From a virus (taxonomy: Duplodnaviria > Heunggongvirae > Uroviricota > Caudoviricetes), in IMG/VR virus record IMGVR_UViG_3300021354_000001, positions 67 through 64,066 of that record: a stretch of 64,000 nt of DNA. One strand, written 5' to 3'. The translations under genes were made by a program, and so were the position numbers. The stretch's first letter is position 1, and each line of letters starts with the position of its first letter. The notes under the pieces are model-generated. The model was not told the origin of the DNA. It was given only the letters and a program-made list of their open reading frames with translations, and made no database searches. Shown piece after piece: positions 26,808 through 37,127 of the stretch.

Positions 26808-27140
26808 ATGGCAACAGCTAAGAAAGCTCTTCTTATAGAATATGAGTTGGAGTTTCTGGAAATGAAACTTCAAGAGCTAAAAGAATATATACAATCAAAT
26901 CCCTTTTCTTCCCTAGCTGATAGAATGGCTTGGAAGGAAACAAAGGGAGGAGGAGCTATTCCTATTTGTATAGCTAATAAAGAAGCACAAAGAAAAGATC
27001 TTACACAAGCTCTTAAGGATTATGCTGAAATTCTTAGAACAGTGGATAGTATGAGAGAGAAAGAAGAATCAAAGGTGGAGGTGAGAGGTAAAGGAGAACT
27101 TAGCACAATGGCTGAAGACTTCTTAAAGAATAGAAAATGA
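26808..27140 (+). CDS. putative terminase small subunit, assigned by position only
   Basis: 110 aa coiled-coil protein immediately upstream of the large terminase, overlapping it by 4 nt. Confidence 0.3.
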   Translation: MATAKKALLIEYELEFLEMKLQELKEYIQSNPFSSLADRMAWKETKGGGAIPICIANKEAQRKDLTQALKDYAEILRTVDSMREKEESKVEVRGKGELSTMAEDFLKNRK

Positions 27141-29158
27141 GTCTACAGAGTATAGATTATAAAGATTGGTTTATAAATCAGAAGCGTATTCCTGATAAAA
27201 ATAGTGAAGAGTTCAAAGAGTTCTTTGACTTTCACAAAGGTTTATGTTTAGATGGAGCAATGATGGATGGGGTTTATATTAACCCCTTTTTGTATTGGCA
27301 CCTAAACATGTGGCATACAGAGGTGGATGTTATAGATGACAGAGGCCGTATATCCCAGAAGTATGCCAATCCCTTTCTTAGGGATAATGAGTGGGTGATT
27401 ACCAATGAGATAGATAGAGCACAGAATGAAAAGAAAGGACTGTTAATACTTGGTATTAGACGTCTAGCTAAATCTGTTATAGAAGCATCTTATGTATCTT
27501 GGGGTGCAACATTTGATGAGAACTCACAGAACATTATATCAGGCTTAAATGCCCCAGATATTAAACTAATTACAGATAAGATTGATAAGGGATTAAACTT
27601 CCTTCCTGAAGCTTGGATGTGGCAAAGAATTGAAGATAACTGGAAGAACCAGGTAACACTTGGTATAAAGACTAAATCAGGAGAAAGGATTCCATTCTCT
27701 TCTATTCTTATTCGTAACCTTGATGAGGGAAATAATGAGGAAGCAATTGCAGGTACAAAACCACGTAAACTAATTATAGATGAAATTGGTAAAGGATCTT
27801 TTCTTAGAGGTTTACAAGCTGCCATTCCAGGTTTTACAACACCTTATGGTTGGGGATGTTCTCCAATTCTTACTGGTACTGGGGGTGATATGAAGAAATT
27901 CATGGATGCTAAATCCTTGATGTTTGATGTAGAGAATTTCAACTTCCTACATTATAATAATGAGAAAGATACACAGAGAGTTCATGGGCTGTTTATTGGA
28001 CACAAGTATAGAATGGAAGCTAAGGAAGAATCTACACTAGGAGCTTTCTTAAATAAAGACCAAGATTCAGAGCTTCATAATGTAAAGATGTTAGTCTCTA
28101 ATGAAGAGAAAGCTACAGAGATTACAGAGAATAACTTAAACAGACTTAAAAAAGCTGGAGATAGAATTGCCTATTTAAAAGAGAAGATGTATTACCCACA
28201 GGAAGTGGATGATATATTCTTAAATGAAGATACCAACATCTTCGATATTGAGATAGCAAAAAGACAGAAGTCTAGATTATTACAACAAGAACGTACAGGT
28301 ACACCTGTTATTCTATTTGCTGATGAGACAGCTATTAAGCATGAGTTTACAGATAAGCTTCCTATATCCAATTTCCCATTAAAGAATAGTGATGCAAAAG
28401 ATGCTCCTGTAATTATATATGAGTTTCCTATAGAAAACCCTCCTTATGGATTGTATGTAGCTGGAGTGGATCCATATAGACAGGGAAAATCTGCATATTC
28501 AAGTTCATTAGGATCTGTCTATGTATATAAAAGAATGCACGATCTCACTGGTGAGAAATACCAGGATATGTTTGTAGCATCTTATTGTGCTAGACCTGAT
28601 AAGAAAGAAACTTGGGAAGAACAAGCTAGATTGCTTATTAAGTATTACAATGCTAGAACATTGTGTGAGAATGATGACATATCCTTTATTGAATATATGA
28701 AAGCTAAAGGAGATGCTCACTATCTAGAGAAACAACCTCAATGGCTTATGGAGATTGTTCCTAACACAACAGTTAAAAGAGAATATGGAATTCATCGTTC
28801 TAGTCAGAAGATAATTGACTACCTTCACACATGCTTGAAGAAGTATATGGAAGAAGTTATATTTAAAGATAAGGATGAGAATGGTAATGTTATAAGAGAG
28901 GTGATGGGTGTTCACAAGATATTTGATCCTGTTCTTCTTGAGGAGATTATACAATACAATGATCAGGGTAACTTTGATAGAATCATTGCTGCAGAACTAG
29001 CTATTGCACAAGCACTTAAGATGGATCCTATCATGGGTAGGATTGGAGGATCAGGGGATGAGAGAGTAAAAGCAATGTTTGTTAAGAATAAAAACAATCA
29101 ATTGTTCACAGAGTCTAGAGGACTATTTAATACTAAAAAACGTAAACTGTTTACATAA
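27137..29158 (+). CDS. terminase large subunit
   Basis: The ATPase has Walker A GIRRLAKS and Walker B KLIIDEIG. The nuclease domain has YVAGVDPY. 673 aa. Confidence 0.75.
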   Translation: MSLQSIDYKDWFINQKRIPDKNSEEFKEFFDFHKGLCLDGAMMDGVYINPFLYWHLNMWHTEVDVIDDRGRISQKYANPFLRDNEWVITNEIDRAQNEKKGLLILGIRRLAKSVIEASYVSWGATFDENSQNIISGLNAPDIKLITDKIDKGLNFLPEAWMWQRIEDNWKNQVTLGIKTKSGERIPFSSILIRNLDEGNNEEAIAGTKPRKLIIDEIGKGSFLRGLQAAIPGFTTPYGWGCSPILTGTGGDMKKFMDAKSLMFDVENFNFLHYNNEKDTQRVHGLFIGHKYRMEAKEESTLGAFLNKDQDSELHNVKMLVSNEEKATEITENNLNRLKKAGDRIAYLKEKMYYPQEVDDIFLNEDTNIFDIEIAKRQKSRLLQQERTGTPVILFADETAIKHEFTDKLPISNFPLKNSDAKDAPVIIYEFPIENPPYGLYVAGVDPYRQGKSAYSSSLGSVYVYKRMHDLTGEKYQDMFVASYCARPDKKETWEEQARLLIKYYNARTLCENDDISFIEYMKAKGDAHYLEKQPQWLMEIVPNTTVKREYGIHRSSQKIIDYLHTCLKKYMEEVIFKDKDENGNVIREVMGVHKIFDPVLLEEIIQYNDQGNFDRIIAAELAIAQALKMDPIMGRIGGSGDERVKAMFVKNKNNQLFTESRGLFNTKKRKLFT

Positions 29159-31737
29159 TGGCAATTATAAGATATACGAAAGATGCAACAATTAGGTATG
29201 CCTATTTGAACATATTTCCTGATCAGTTTAAAACTGACAAAGAGAAACAAGATGAGAGCTGGGTGAAGAACACAATGGATTATTTTGCAAACAAAGCTTA
29301 TGCTGAGTATGTAAAGAACAGAGATACATTTGTTAAAAACTATGATCTTATTAAAGGTATTCTTCGCCCAGAGGATTTTTATCAAGATGCTCAGGTGAGA
29401 AGCTTTACAGATGTACTTACATCTGATTTAGAACTACCAGCTTATGTGAAGATGTATTCCATCATCACAACACCTATTAATGAATTGATTGGAGAAATAT
29501 CTAAAAGACCTGATGCATTTCGTGTAAAAGCTTTTGATAGTGATAGTCAATCTGAAGAGCTTGAATTTAAAACAGGTATATTACAAGAATATGTAATTAA
29601 TCAAGCAAAGCAACAGATTCAAGAAAAGGCTGCATTACAAGGACAACAAATAGATGATGAGCAGTTACAGCAAATGACAATGGATGAGGTGAAGGATGAA
29701 CTTGATTCATATACATCTATTGCTGAGAAGTGGGCTAACCACGTACTCACTGCTGAGAAGGCTGAGTTTAATACAAAAGAAAAAAGTGAAGATAGTTTTA
29801 GAGATCTATTAATCTCTGCTAGAGAATTCTTTCATATATATGAAGACAACTCAAAGACTGGATTTAATATAGAAGTGGCTAATCCAAAGAATACATGGTT
29901 TCTTACAACACCAGATAGGAAGTATGTTTCAGATCCTACAGGTAGAGCACAAGGAGCATATGCTGCTGGTATAGTTCAAGTGATGGAGCTTTCTGAAATT
30001 ATTGAGAGTATTCCTGATCTAACTAAAGATGAGATAGATCACTTACGTTCTTCTCTTCAGGATTATGGTTTGATTAATGTACGTGAGTCTAACCTTGGTA
30101 ATCCAGATGCAGTTCCTGGACAAGATTCAGTGATGTATGATACATATGATCCTCTTGTTCTACAAACAAGAATGATGATTGAATCTGAGATGAAAGAGAA
30201 CAATGATGGACTTAAAGACTTCTTAGGACTAACGTCTAACGTTAGTAGCTTTGGTTATAAGTATGTTGTTGTAAGAGCTTATTGGATCAGTAAAAAGAAG
30301 ATAGGTAAACTTATCTATTTAGATGAAATGGGTAATGATCAGTCTATGCTTGTTGATGAGAATTATAAGAGTAAGACTCTTCCTACAGAACAATCATTAG
30401 AATGGGGATGGATTAACCAATGGTATCAAGGAATAAAGATTGGACCAGATATCTACCATATTAAACCATATAAACTTTTAAACTATTGCCCTATTATAGG
30501 ACTAGTTCATGAGGTGAAGAATACAGAAGCTAAAAGCTTAGTAGACTTAATGAAACCTTTCCAAGTGTTATACAACGTTTGTATGAATCAGTTATATAAG
30601 CTTCTTGAGAAGGAGGTGGGTAAAGTTTATCTTACATCTATCAGACACATCCCTATTCCAAAAGATGGTGATGCCCAAGATGCTTTAGATATATGGGAAA
30701 TGGAAGCTCGTAACAGAGGAGTGATGTTTATTGATGATAGTCCTGAGAACTTAAAAAGTCCTAGCTCATTTAATCAATTTAGAGATATTGACCTTACACG
30801 TACGCAGGAGATTCAATCTAGATATAATCTAGCTATGCAATTAAAGAATGAGTGTTGGGAACTAATTGGTATGTCCAAGCAAAGACTAGGATCTGTATCA
30901 GCTAGTGAATCAGCCACAGGAACTAATGCTGCTATTACACAAAGTTATTCTCAAACAGAACCTTTGTTTGTAGCTCATGAATATGTTCTTGGTCAATTAT
31001 ATCAAGCAATGATTGATGCTTCTTTATATATAGAAAGTCAAAAGCCTCAGTCTACTATTTCTTATATTACATCTGAAGGAGAATCTGCTTTTGTACAGGT
31101 GAATGGTTCTGAGCTTAAGTTCAGAGACCTTAAAGTGTTCTTAACTAATAGACCAGAAGATCAAAAAATGTTTACTGAAATTAGACAATTGTCTCAAGCA
31201 GTTATACAGAATGGTGGAAGTCTTCATGACATCATTGAATTATACACAACTAACTCTGTACGTCAGATGAAGAAAGTGTTTAAGACATTGAAAGATAAGC
31301 AAGACCAAATGCAACAACAACAAGCTCAACAGCAACAACAGCAGCTTGATCAACAGCAAAAACAATCTGAAGCTCAAATTGCAGCTGCTCAACAAGCTCA
31401 ACAAGAGAAACAAGCTCATGATGATTATCAAAATGAACTTGACAGAATCAATAAGGTGCAAATAGCAATGATTGCTGCTGAATCTAAAGGAGCTGCTCTT
31501 CCAGATTTAAATGCAAATGCCACTCCTGATGTGTTGGAAACCAGCAAGTTAGCTCATGATCAAATGAAAGCTGCAAAAGATTATGAAATTAAACTAGCTC
31601 AGATACAAGCTCAGAATAAGCAGAATAATGATAAGATGCAAATAGAAAGAGAAAAGCTACAGGTGGCTAGAGAAAATCAAGCAAACGATTTAGCAGTGGC
31701 TAAAGAGAATGCTAAGGGTAGGAATAAAACTAAATAA
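29158..31737 (+). CDS. putative portal protein with a Gln-rich C-terminal tail
   Basis: 859 aa ORF immediately after the large terminase gene. The C-terminus carries a QQQQAQQQQQQLDQQQKQ low-complexity run. The call rests on position and size. Confidence 0.45.
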   Translation: MAIIRYTKDATIRYAYLNIFPDQFKTDKEKQDESWVKNTMDYFANKAYAEYVKNRDTFVKNYDLIKGILRPEDFYQDAQVRSFTDVLTSDLELPAYVKMYSIITTPINELIGEISKRPDAFRVKAFDSDSQSEELEFKTGILQEYVINQAKQQIQEKAALQGQQIDDEQLQQMTMDEVKDELDSYTSIAEKWANHVLTAEKAEFNTKEKSEDSFRDLLISAREFFHIYEDNSKTGFNIEVANPKNTWFLTTPDRKYVSDPTGRAQGAYAAGIVQVMELSEIIESIPDLTKDEIDHLRSSLQDYGLINVRESNLGNPDAVPGQDSVMYDTYDPLVLQTRMMIESEMKENNDGLKDFLGLTSNVSSFGYKYVVVRAYWISKKKIGKLIYLDEMGNDQSMLVDENYKSKTLPTEQSLEWGWINQWYQGIKIGPDIYHIKPYKLLNYCPIIGLVHEVKNTEAKSLVDLMKPFQVLYNVCMNQLYKLLEKEVGKVYLTSIRHIPIPKDGDAQDALDIWEMEARNRGVMFIDDSPENLKSPSSFNQFRDIDLTRTQEIQSRYNLAMQLKNECWELIGMSKQRLGSVSASESATGTNAAITQSYSQTEPLFVAHEYVLGQLYQAMIDASLYIESQKPQSTISYITSEGESAFVQVNGSELKFRDLKVFLTNRPEDQKMFTEIRQLSQAVIQNGGSLHDIIELYTTNSVRQMKKVFKTLKDKQDQMQQQQAQQQQQQLDQQQKQSEAQIAAAQQAQQEKQAHDDYQNELDRINKVQIAMIAAESKGAALPDLNANATPDVLETSKLAHDQMKAAKDYEIKLAQIQAQNKQNNDKMQIEREKLQVARENQANDLAVAKENAKGRNKTK

Positions 31738-31739
31738 TT

Positions 31740-32270
31740 ATGTTTGATAAACTCGTTGAATTATTAATTAATTGGTGGATAGAAATTAAACCAATAGTTA
31801 TCATTAGAGATTATGAAGAAGCTGTATTGCTCAGGTTTGGTATCTTTAAAAGGGTATTCAAACCTGGGCTACATTTCAAGATACCATTCTTTGATGAGGT
31901 GATAGATCAGCATGTGGTTATTACAACACTTAGTCTTGATGCTCAATCTTTATATACTAAGGACAAACAAAATATTGTTGTCAAAGGATTAATCAAATAT
32001 AGAATAGCAGATGTAAAGATATTTCTATTAGAAGTGTGGGATGCACAAGATGCTCTATCAGATATGTCTGCAAGTATTATAAAAAATGTTATAATGTCTA
32101 TGACCTTAGATGAGTGTACAGATTCAGAGATTGATAACCTATTAACTAAGAAGGTGAGGGTTGAAGCAAAGAAGTGGGGAGTTGAGGTACAACAAGTTAC
32201 ACTTACAGATCTTGCCCCAATCAGAAGTTTTAGGCTTATAAATGATACATTTACAAACAAACTTGATTAG
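31740..32270 (+). CDS. SPFH/band-7 (stomatin/prohibitin-like) domain protein
   Basis: EEAVLLRFGIFKRVFKPGLHFKIPFFDEV...VKGLIKYRIAD...WGVEVQQVTLTDL aligns with the stomatin/HflK SPFH core. There is no N-terminal TM segment. Confidence 0.55.
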   Translation: MFDKLVELLINWWIEIKPIVIIRDYEEAVLLRFGIFKRVFKPGLHFKIPFFDEVIDQHVVITTLSLDAQSLYTKDKQNIVVKGLIKYRIADVKIFLLEVWDAQDALSDMSASIIKNVIMSMTLDECTDSEIDNLLTKKVRVEAKKWGVEVQQVTLTDLAPIRSFRLINDTFTNKLD

Positions 32271-32390
32271 AGTAAAAAAAGTTAATGCTATATTATACAA
32301 AATAATCATCTATATGGAATACTATCTCTTTGCTATTAACTTAAACTAATATACTTTTACAATAATAAACCAACTTTAAAACAACTACAT

Positions 32391-33641
32391 ATGGCTGAAA
32401 ATTTAGATAGTCAACCGTTTGGGAACTTTAGTATTGAGAATACTATGGAAATGGGATTGGGTAATGCAGAACTTTTAAATGATTTGCTTGCCCCTGAAAC
32501 ATCAACAACTAATCCTGATGATATACAGGATATTAACAAAGCAGATGAAATCCCTCCGAATGGTTCAAAGAAAAAAGTTGTTGCACAAGCTCCTGTAGAG
32601 GAAGATGCTGCAACAGAGAAAAAAGACAGTGCTACTTCTATTCAAGATTTCCTTTTAGGAGGAGATGATGAAGATGAGGAAGAAGAGGACAATGCTCCTG
32701 CTGTTAAAACTACTAATAAGCCAACATCTGAACCAGAGGTTGAAGAGGGTGAAGAAGAAGAGTTGAGTAGATTCTCTGCTCTATCTAAAGACCTATTCAA
32801 ACTTGGTGTGTTCTCTAAAGATGAAGATGAAGAAGATGTTGCTATATCAACTCCAGAAGAATTCTTAGAAAGATTTAATTCTGAGAAAAAGAAAGGAGCT
32901 ATTGAAGTGGTAAACAACTTCATTGGTCAATTTGGAGAAGACTACCAACAAGCATTTGATGCTATCTTTGTTAAGGGTGTTGATCCTAAAGAATATTTTG
33001 GTACATATGGAAACATTCAGAGTTTTGCTGAAATGGATTTGTCTCAGGAAGCTAACCAAGTTAATGTTTTAAAACAAGCACTAACTGATCAAGGTTTTGA
33101 TCCTGAAGATGTTACAACAGAAATTGAAAGACTTAAAAATTATGGTGACCTTGAAACAGTTGCTGCAAAACACCATAAAGTTCTTATAAAGAAAGAAGCT
33201 GCAAAGCTTCAACAACTAGAGCAACAAAGGAGTTCAGAGTTACAACAACAACAAGCTGTTAAGCAACAATACTATCAGAACGTTCAGAATGTATTGCAAG
33301 ATAAGCTAAAAGCTAAAGAGTTTGATGGTATACCTCTTAATCCAAAATTAGCAAGTGAACTACAAGATTTCCTTATTACAGATAAGTATAAAACAAACTC
33401 TGGTGAAACTCTCACAGACTTTGATAAAACTATTCTGGAACTTAAGCGTCCTGAGAATCATGAGAAGAAAGTAAAACTTGGTCTATTATTAAAAATATTA
33501 GAAAAAGATCCCACTCTCTCTACGATTCAAAAGAGTGGTCTCACTAAAAAGTCAAATGAGTTATTTGGTGAAGTGGCCAGACAGGCAAGTAAAAGTTCAG
33601 TGAAATCTAGCAAGCCTGCTCAAACTTCATGGTTTACATAA
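32391..33641 (+). CDS. putative scaffolding protein
   Basis: 416 aa, acidic, with Asp/Glu runs and predicted coiled coil. It sits between the portal and the major capsid gene. Confidence 0.4.
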   Translation: MAENLDSQPFGNFSIENTMEMGLGNAELLNDLLAPETSTTNPDDIQDINKADEIPPNGSKKKVVAQAPVEEDAATEKKDSATSIQDFLLGGDDEDEEEEDNAPAVKTTNKPTSEPEVEEGEEEELSRFSALSKDLFKLGVFSKDEDEEDVAISTPEEFLERFNSEKKKGAIEVVNNFIGQFGEDYQQAFDAIFVKGVDPKEYFGTYGNIQSFAEMDLSQEANQVNVLKQALTDQGFDPEDVTTEIERLKNYGDLETVAAKHHKVLIKKEAAKLQQLEQQRSSELQQQQAVKQQYYQNVQNVLQDKLKAKEFDGIPLNPKLASELQDFLITDKYKTNSGETLTDFDKTILELKRPENHEKKVKLGLLLKILEKDPTLSTIQKSGLTKKSNELFGEVARQASKSSVKSSKPAQTSWFT

Positions 33642-33676
33642 ATAATTTATATAACAAAAATTAAAAAAATAACAAA

Positions 33677-35230
33677 ATGGCAATTCAAACAATTCCAGGT
33701 TTAACTGGTTTTACTTACGCTAGAGTAGCTTCTATGGATAAGCGTGCTGTAGGTAAGTTAACAGATTCAAACCACTTGGAGAGCTTTCACTCTACAGAGC
33801 CTGCAGATTATGATAAGAAAATTATCAGCTTGTATACTCAGAGTTCTCTTTACAGTAATGATTTCTTAGACATGATTAACAAGTCTACTCCTTACTATAT
33901 TGATAACAATAGTGATGCTTGGAAGTGGCAAGTACAAGTTCCTTACAAGTTCCCTAAGATCATTGACATCCCAACTACCACTTTAGAGTTATCTAAGCCT
34001 GGTATTGATGGTCAAGAGTTTCAAGCAATCTTGGATACAAATGAGTTCTCTAAGAACGCAATTGTTTCTGTAGGTTCTCGTCAATATGGTCCTAGATTCT
34101 ATGTAATCAAAGATCCTCAACCATGGAATGTTGGTTATCTATACACATTCAATTTAATTACCGACAACCCACAAGTTGATTTTGTAAGCCCTGTGTTCTT
34201 ACAAATTGGTATTGAGCTTGAATTAGTTGATGCTGCAATTGGTGAATTCGATCAAGACTTATTAGGTCTTCCTCGTTTGGGTGAGCAAATCACAATGTTT
34301 GAATCTTTAGGTTCTGCATATGGTTATGAGCACAAAATCACTGAGTGGGCTGATGACAAAATGATGGTTGATGCTTCTGGTAAAGCTTTGGATATCTTGG
34401 TTTATGCTCCTCAAAGACGTAACCAATTACCTCTAACTCGTAATGATGTTAAGTGGGAACCATTCATTGAGTTCTGGATGCGTAAATCTATGTTAGAATT
34501 AAAAGTTAAGCGTATGATCTGGGCTAAGCCTGGTACTGTGAAGACTAATGGTTCTAAGCAAGAATTAAAAAGAACTTCTGCTGGTGTTTACCACAGAATG
34601 CGTAATAACGGTAACTTAGTTCAATACAATCGTGGAGAGTTCACTGCAAACTTGATTCGTTCAGTGTTTGGTGATTTGTTCTATCGTAGGGTTGATGTTA
34701 AGGATCGTAGAGTTAAAATGTATACTAATGAAGCTGGATTCGATGTATTCCAACAAGCTTTAAAGAATGATGCATTAAACTCTGGTCTTACTTTCATGGC
34801 TGATAGCGGTAATCGTTATATGCAAGGTGAAGGTCAGCATATCACTTATAACTTTGCTTTCGATGCAATGGTTACTCGTGAGACTGGTCGTGTTGAATTG
34901 ATTCACTTGAAAGAGTTGGATCTTCCTCAAACTAACCTTGAATTTGGTCAGAACAAAAAGAGCACTCCTGTATTCATGGTATTTGATGTAAGCCCTATGA
35001 GCGATGGTTCTATGGTTAACAACATTCGTGAAGTGAGAATGAAAGGTGCTCCTTCAATGACTTGGGGTTATATTGATGGTACTCGTCATCACTTAGGTTT
35101 TGCTAAATCTCAAGGTATGAGTTCTGCAAACAAATTCCCTGGTTATGAAATCTGGATGAAAGATCGTTGTGATGTATTTATTGAAGATTTATCACGTACA
35201 GTATTGATCGAAGAGATTCCACAATTCTAA
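33677..35230 (+). CDS. putative major capsid protein
   Basis: 517 aa with the strongest codon bias in the window. It follows the scaffold gene and is followed by a strong GC hairpin. Confidence 0.5.
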   Translation: MAIQTIPGLTGFTYARVASMDKRAVGKLTDSNHLESFHSTEPADYDKKIISLYTQSSLYSNDFLDMINKSTPYYIDNNSDAWKWQVQVPYKFPKIIDIPTTTLELSKPGIDGQEFQAILDTNEFSKNAIVSVGSRQYGPRFYVIKDPQPWNVGYLYTFNLITDNPQVDFVSPVFLQIGIELELVDAAIGEFDQDLLGLPRLGEQITMFESLGSAYGYEHKITEWADDKMMVDASGKALDILVYAPQRRNQLPLTRNDVKWEPFIEFWMRKSMLELKVKRMIWAKPGTVKTNGSKQELKRTSAGVYHRMRNNGNLVQYNRGEFTANLIRSVFGDLFYRRVDVKDRRVKMYTNEAGFDVFQQALKNDALNSGLTFMADSGNRYMQGEGQHITYNFAFDAMVTRETGRVELIHLKELDLPQTNLEFGQNKKSTPVFMVFDVSPMSDGSMVNNIREVRMKGAPSMTWGYIDGTRHHLGFAKSQGMSSANKFPGYEIWMKDRCDVFIEDLSRTVLIEEIPQF

Positions 35231-35281
35231 AATAAGAACAAAGGGTAGGACTAATGTTCTAAACTTACCGAGAAGAATTAC

Positions 35282-35302
35282 CCCCCAGGCAACCCCTGGG
35301 GG
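35282..35302 (+). terminator. strong GC hairpin (8 bp stem cccccagg pairing with cctggggg, 5 nt loop) downstream of the capsid gene. It may be a partial terminator or an mRNA stabiliser
   Basis: A perfect inverted repeat in a 33% GC genome. No clean U-run follows it. Confidence 0.4.
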
Positions 35303-35402
35303 AGTCTTCTCAAAAAAACGGATGATTGAATTAAGTCTAATGCTTAATTGCTAGTTCTTCGATGAACATTCATCTGCTAATAAACCAAATAAAAAACTAC
35401 AT

Positions 35403-36371
35403 ATGGGTAAGACAGGAAAAATCTCCACTTTAAAAAAGGAGTACAATAATTCTCAGTTACAGACAATGCAAGGTGGTCTTGCTGCTAAAGGCATGACAAG
35501 AATTCCTGGTACAGGTGTTTTCAAATATCCTTACAAGGAACTTGATGGACAATATAGAACAGGACTTGATGTAAATGCTTCTTATATCAGAAGAATCTCA
35601 GATCCTTTGGAAAAAGAATTAGAGACTGAAAGAGTGGGTAATTTACGTACTAAGTTAGAAGCTGCATTAGGTGATATTGATTTAGGACCAAGATCTTCAT
35701 TTTGGAACTATGGTTTATCAACTTCTACAAATGATGTTCTTCATGTTCAACCAGTTAAGCTTATGGATGGTGACAATTATTATGATTTGTCTATTCCATT
35801 CCAAGAATTAGCTTTTGCATGGTTAAGGGTACATCCAACAATTGCTTCTAGCTATCAAGCTTGGGAGCGTGGTGACTATCCTGCAGATATACAATTCTAT
35901 GTAGCAGATGATGAAATTGAGAATGCAGTTATATTCAAAAAGAAACAATTGATTAATAAAGCAATTGGTAAGTTTGATAATATGACTCCTGAAAAGAAAA
36001 AGAAAGTTGCAAGACTTTTAGGACTTCCTGTTACAGAAGAAACCAAAGAAGAAGTTATATATAATCAAGTGGATAACCTCTTGAAACAAACTGAATTCAA
36101 ATCTGGTAAATTCCAAGGATCTTCAACAGTAGAAATCTTTAATAGATTTGCTGACATGAAAGAAAACTTACTCCATATTAAAGACTTAGTAAAACAAGCT
36201 ATTACACATTCTGTTTACAGAATCAAACCTAATGGTAAAGTTTACGAAGGTGAATTTGAAATAGCAAGCGATGAAGATGATTTAGTCAAATTCTTAGCTG
36301 ATGAAGATAATCAAGACCAACTATTAACACTAGAAGGTAAATTAAAAACTAAAAAACTAGCTTCTGTATGA
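35403..36371 (+). CDS. hypothetical virion structural protein
   Basis: 322 aa ORF in the head-tail module. Confidence 0.4.
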   Translation: MGKTGKISTLKKEYNNSQLQTMQGGLAAKGMTRIPGTGVFKYPYKELDGQYRTGLDVNASYIRRISDPLEKELETERVGNLRTKLEAALGDIDLGPRSSFWNYGLSTSTNDVLHVQPVKLMDGDNYYDLSIPFQELAFAWLRVHPTIASSYQAWERGDYPADIQFYVADDEIENAVIFKKKQLINKAIGKFDNMTPEKKKKVARLLGLPVTEETKEEVIYNQVDNLLKQTEFKSGKFQGSSTVEIFNRFADMKENLLHIKDLVKQAITHSVYRIKPNGKVYEGEFEIASDEDDLVKFLADEDNQDQLLTLEGKLKTKKLASV

Positions 36372-37099
36372 TCCCTGTAGATAGTTTATTATACAAGATA
36401 GATCAGAAACTAAATAAACTATCAACTAACGAGCATCAACAAATTAACCTTGAAGATAAAATCCTAGCTTTAAATGAAGCTCAGATTAAGTTAATTAAGC
36501 AAAAGGTTGATGGTCAAAATACAATTTCTGGTTTGGGGCTTGATGCTTTTAAAAAGCGTTATGAAGACCTACAAAGTTTGGTTATAACTTATAATAACCA
36601 ACCTCTTGATTTAGCAATCAAGAATGCTGAACTAAATCAATGGGCTGCAAACATACATCTTCTTACACCTAAATACATGTTCTATATAGATAGTTATGTA
36701 TTAGCAGATAAAGGAAGATGTGTAGATAGAAAGATTTGGATAAATAGAGATTTGGCTAAACATGGTGATGTTTCTTTAATATTAAACAACACACATTATA
36801 AACCATCTTTTGAATATCAAGAAACATTTAACTTTCTATCTTCTGATGAGATCTCTATATTTACAGATGGTACTTTTATACCAAGTAAAATATACATCTC
36901 TTATATGAGGTATCCCAAATACATTAATAAAACTGGCTACATAATGCTTGATGGTTTACCATCATTCGATGAAGATTGTGAACTAGAAACATATTTAGAA
37001 GATGAGCTTTTAGATATTACAGTTCAGAATTTAGCAATGTATACAGAAAACCAGTCTGCTGTTCAATCTGCTCAAATGAGAATACAGACAAATGAATAA
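36368..37099 (+). CDS. hypothetical virion structural protein
   Basis: 243 aa ORF with a 4-nt overlap. Confidence 0.4.
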   Translation: MIPVDSLLYKIDQKLNKLSTNEHQQINLEDKILALNEAQIKLIKQKVDGQNTISGLGLDAFKKRYEDLQSLVITYNNQPLDLAIKNAELNQWAANIHLLTPKYMFYIDSYVLADKGRCVDRKIWINRDLAKHGDVSLILNNTHYKPSFEYQETFNFLSSDEISIFTDGTFIPSKIYISYMRYPKYINKTGYIMLDGLPSFDEDCELETYLEDELLDITVQNLAMYTENQSAVQSAQMRIQTNE

Positions 37100-37127
37100 G
37101 TTATTTAACAATTTAAAATAAAACAAA

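Noticed and set aside
26427-32923. Minus-strand ORFs (26427, 26572, 27490, 28508, 28724, 29098, 31240, 31943, 32642, 32865) inside the plus-strand structural block
   Set aside because: They are antisense to the terminase, portal, SPFH and scaffold genes, and are Ser/Leu-rich shadow frames.
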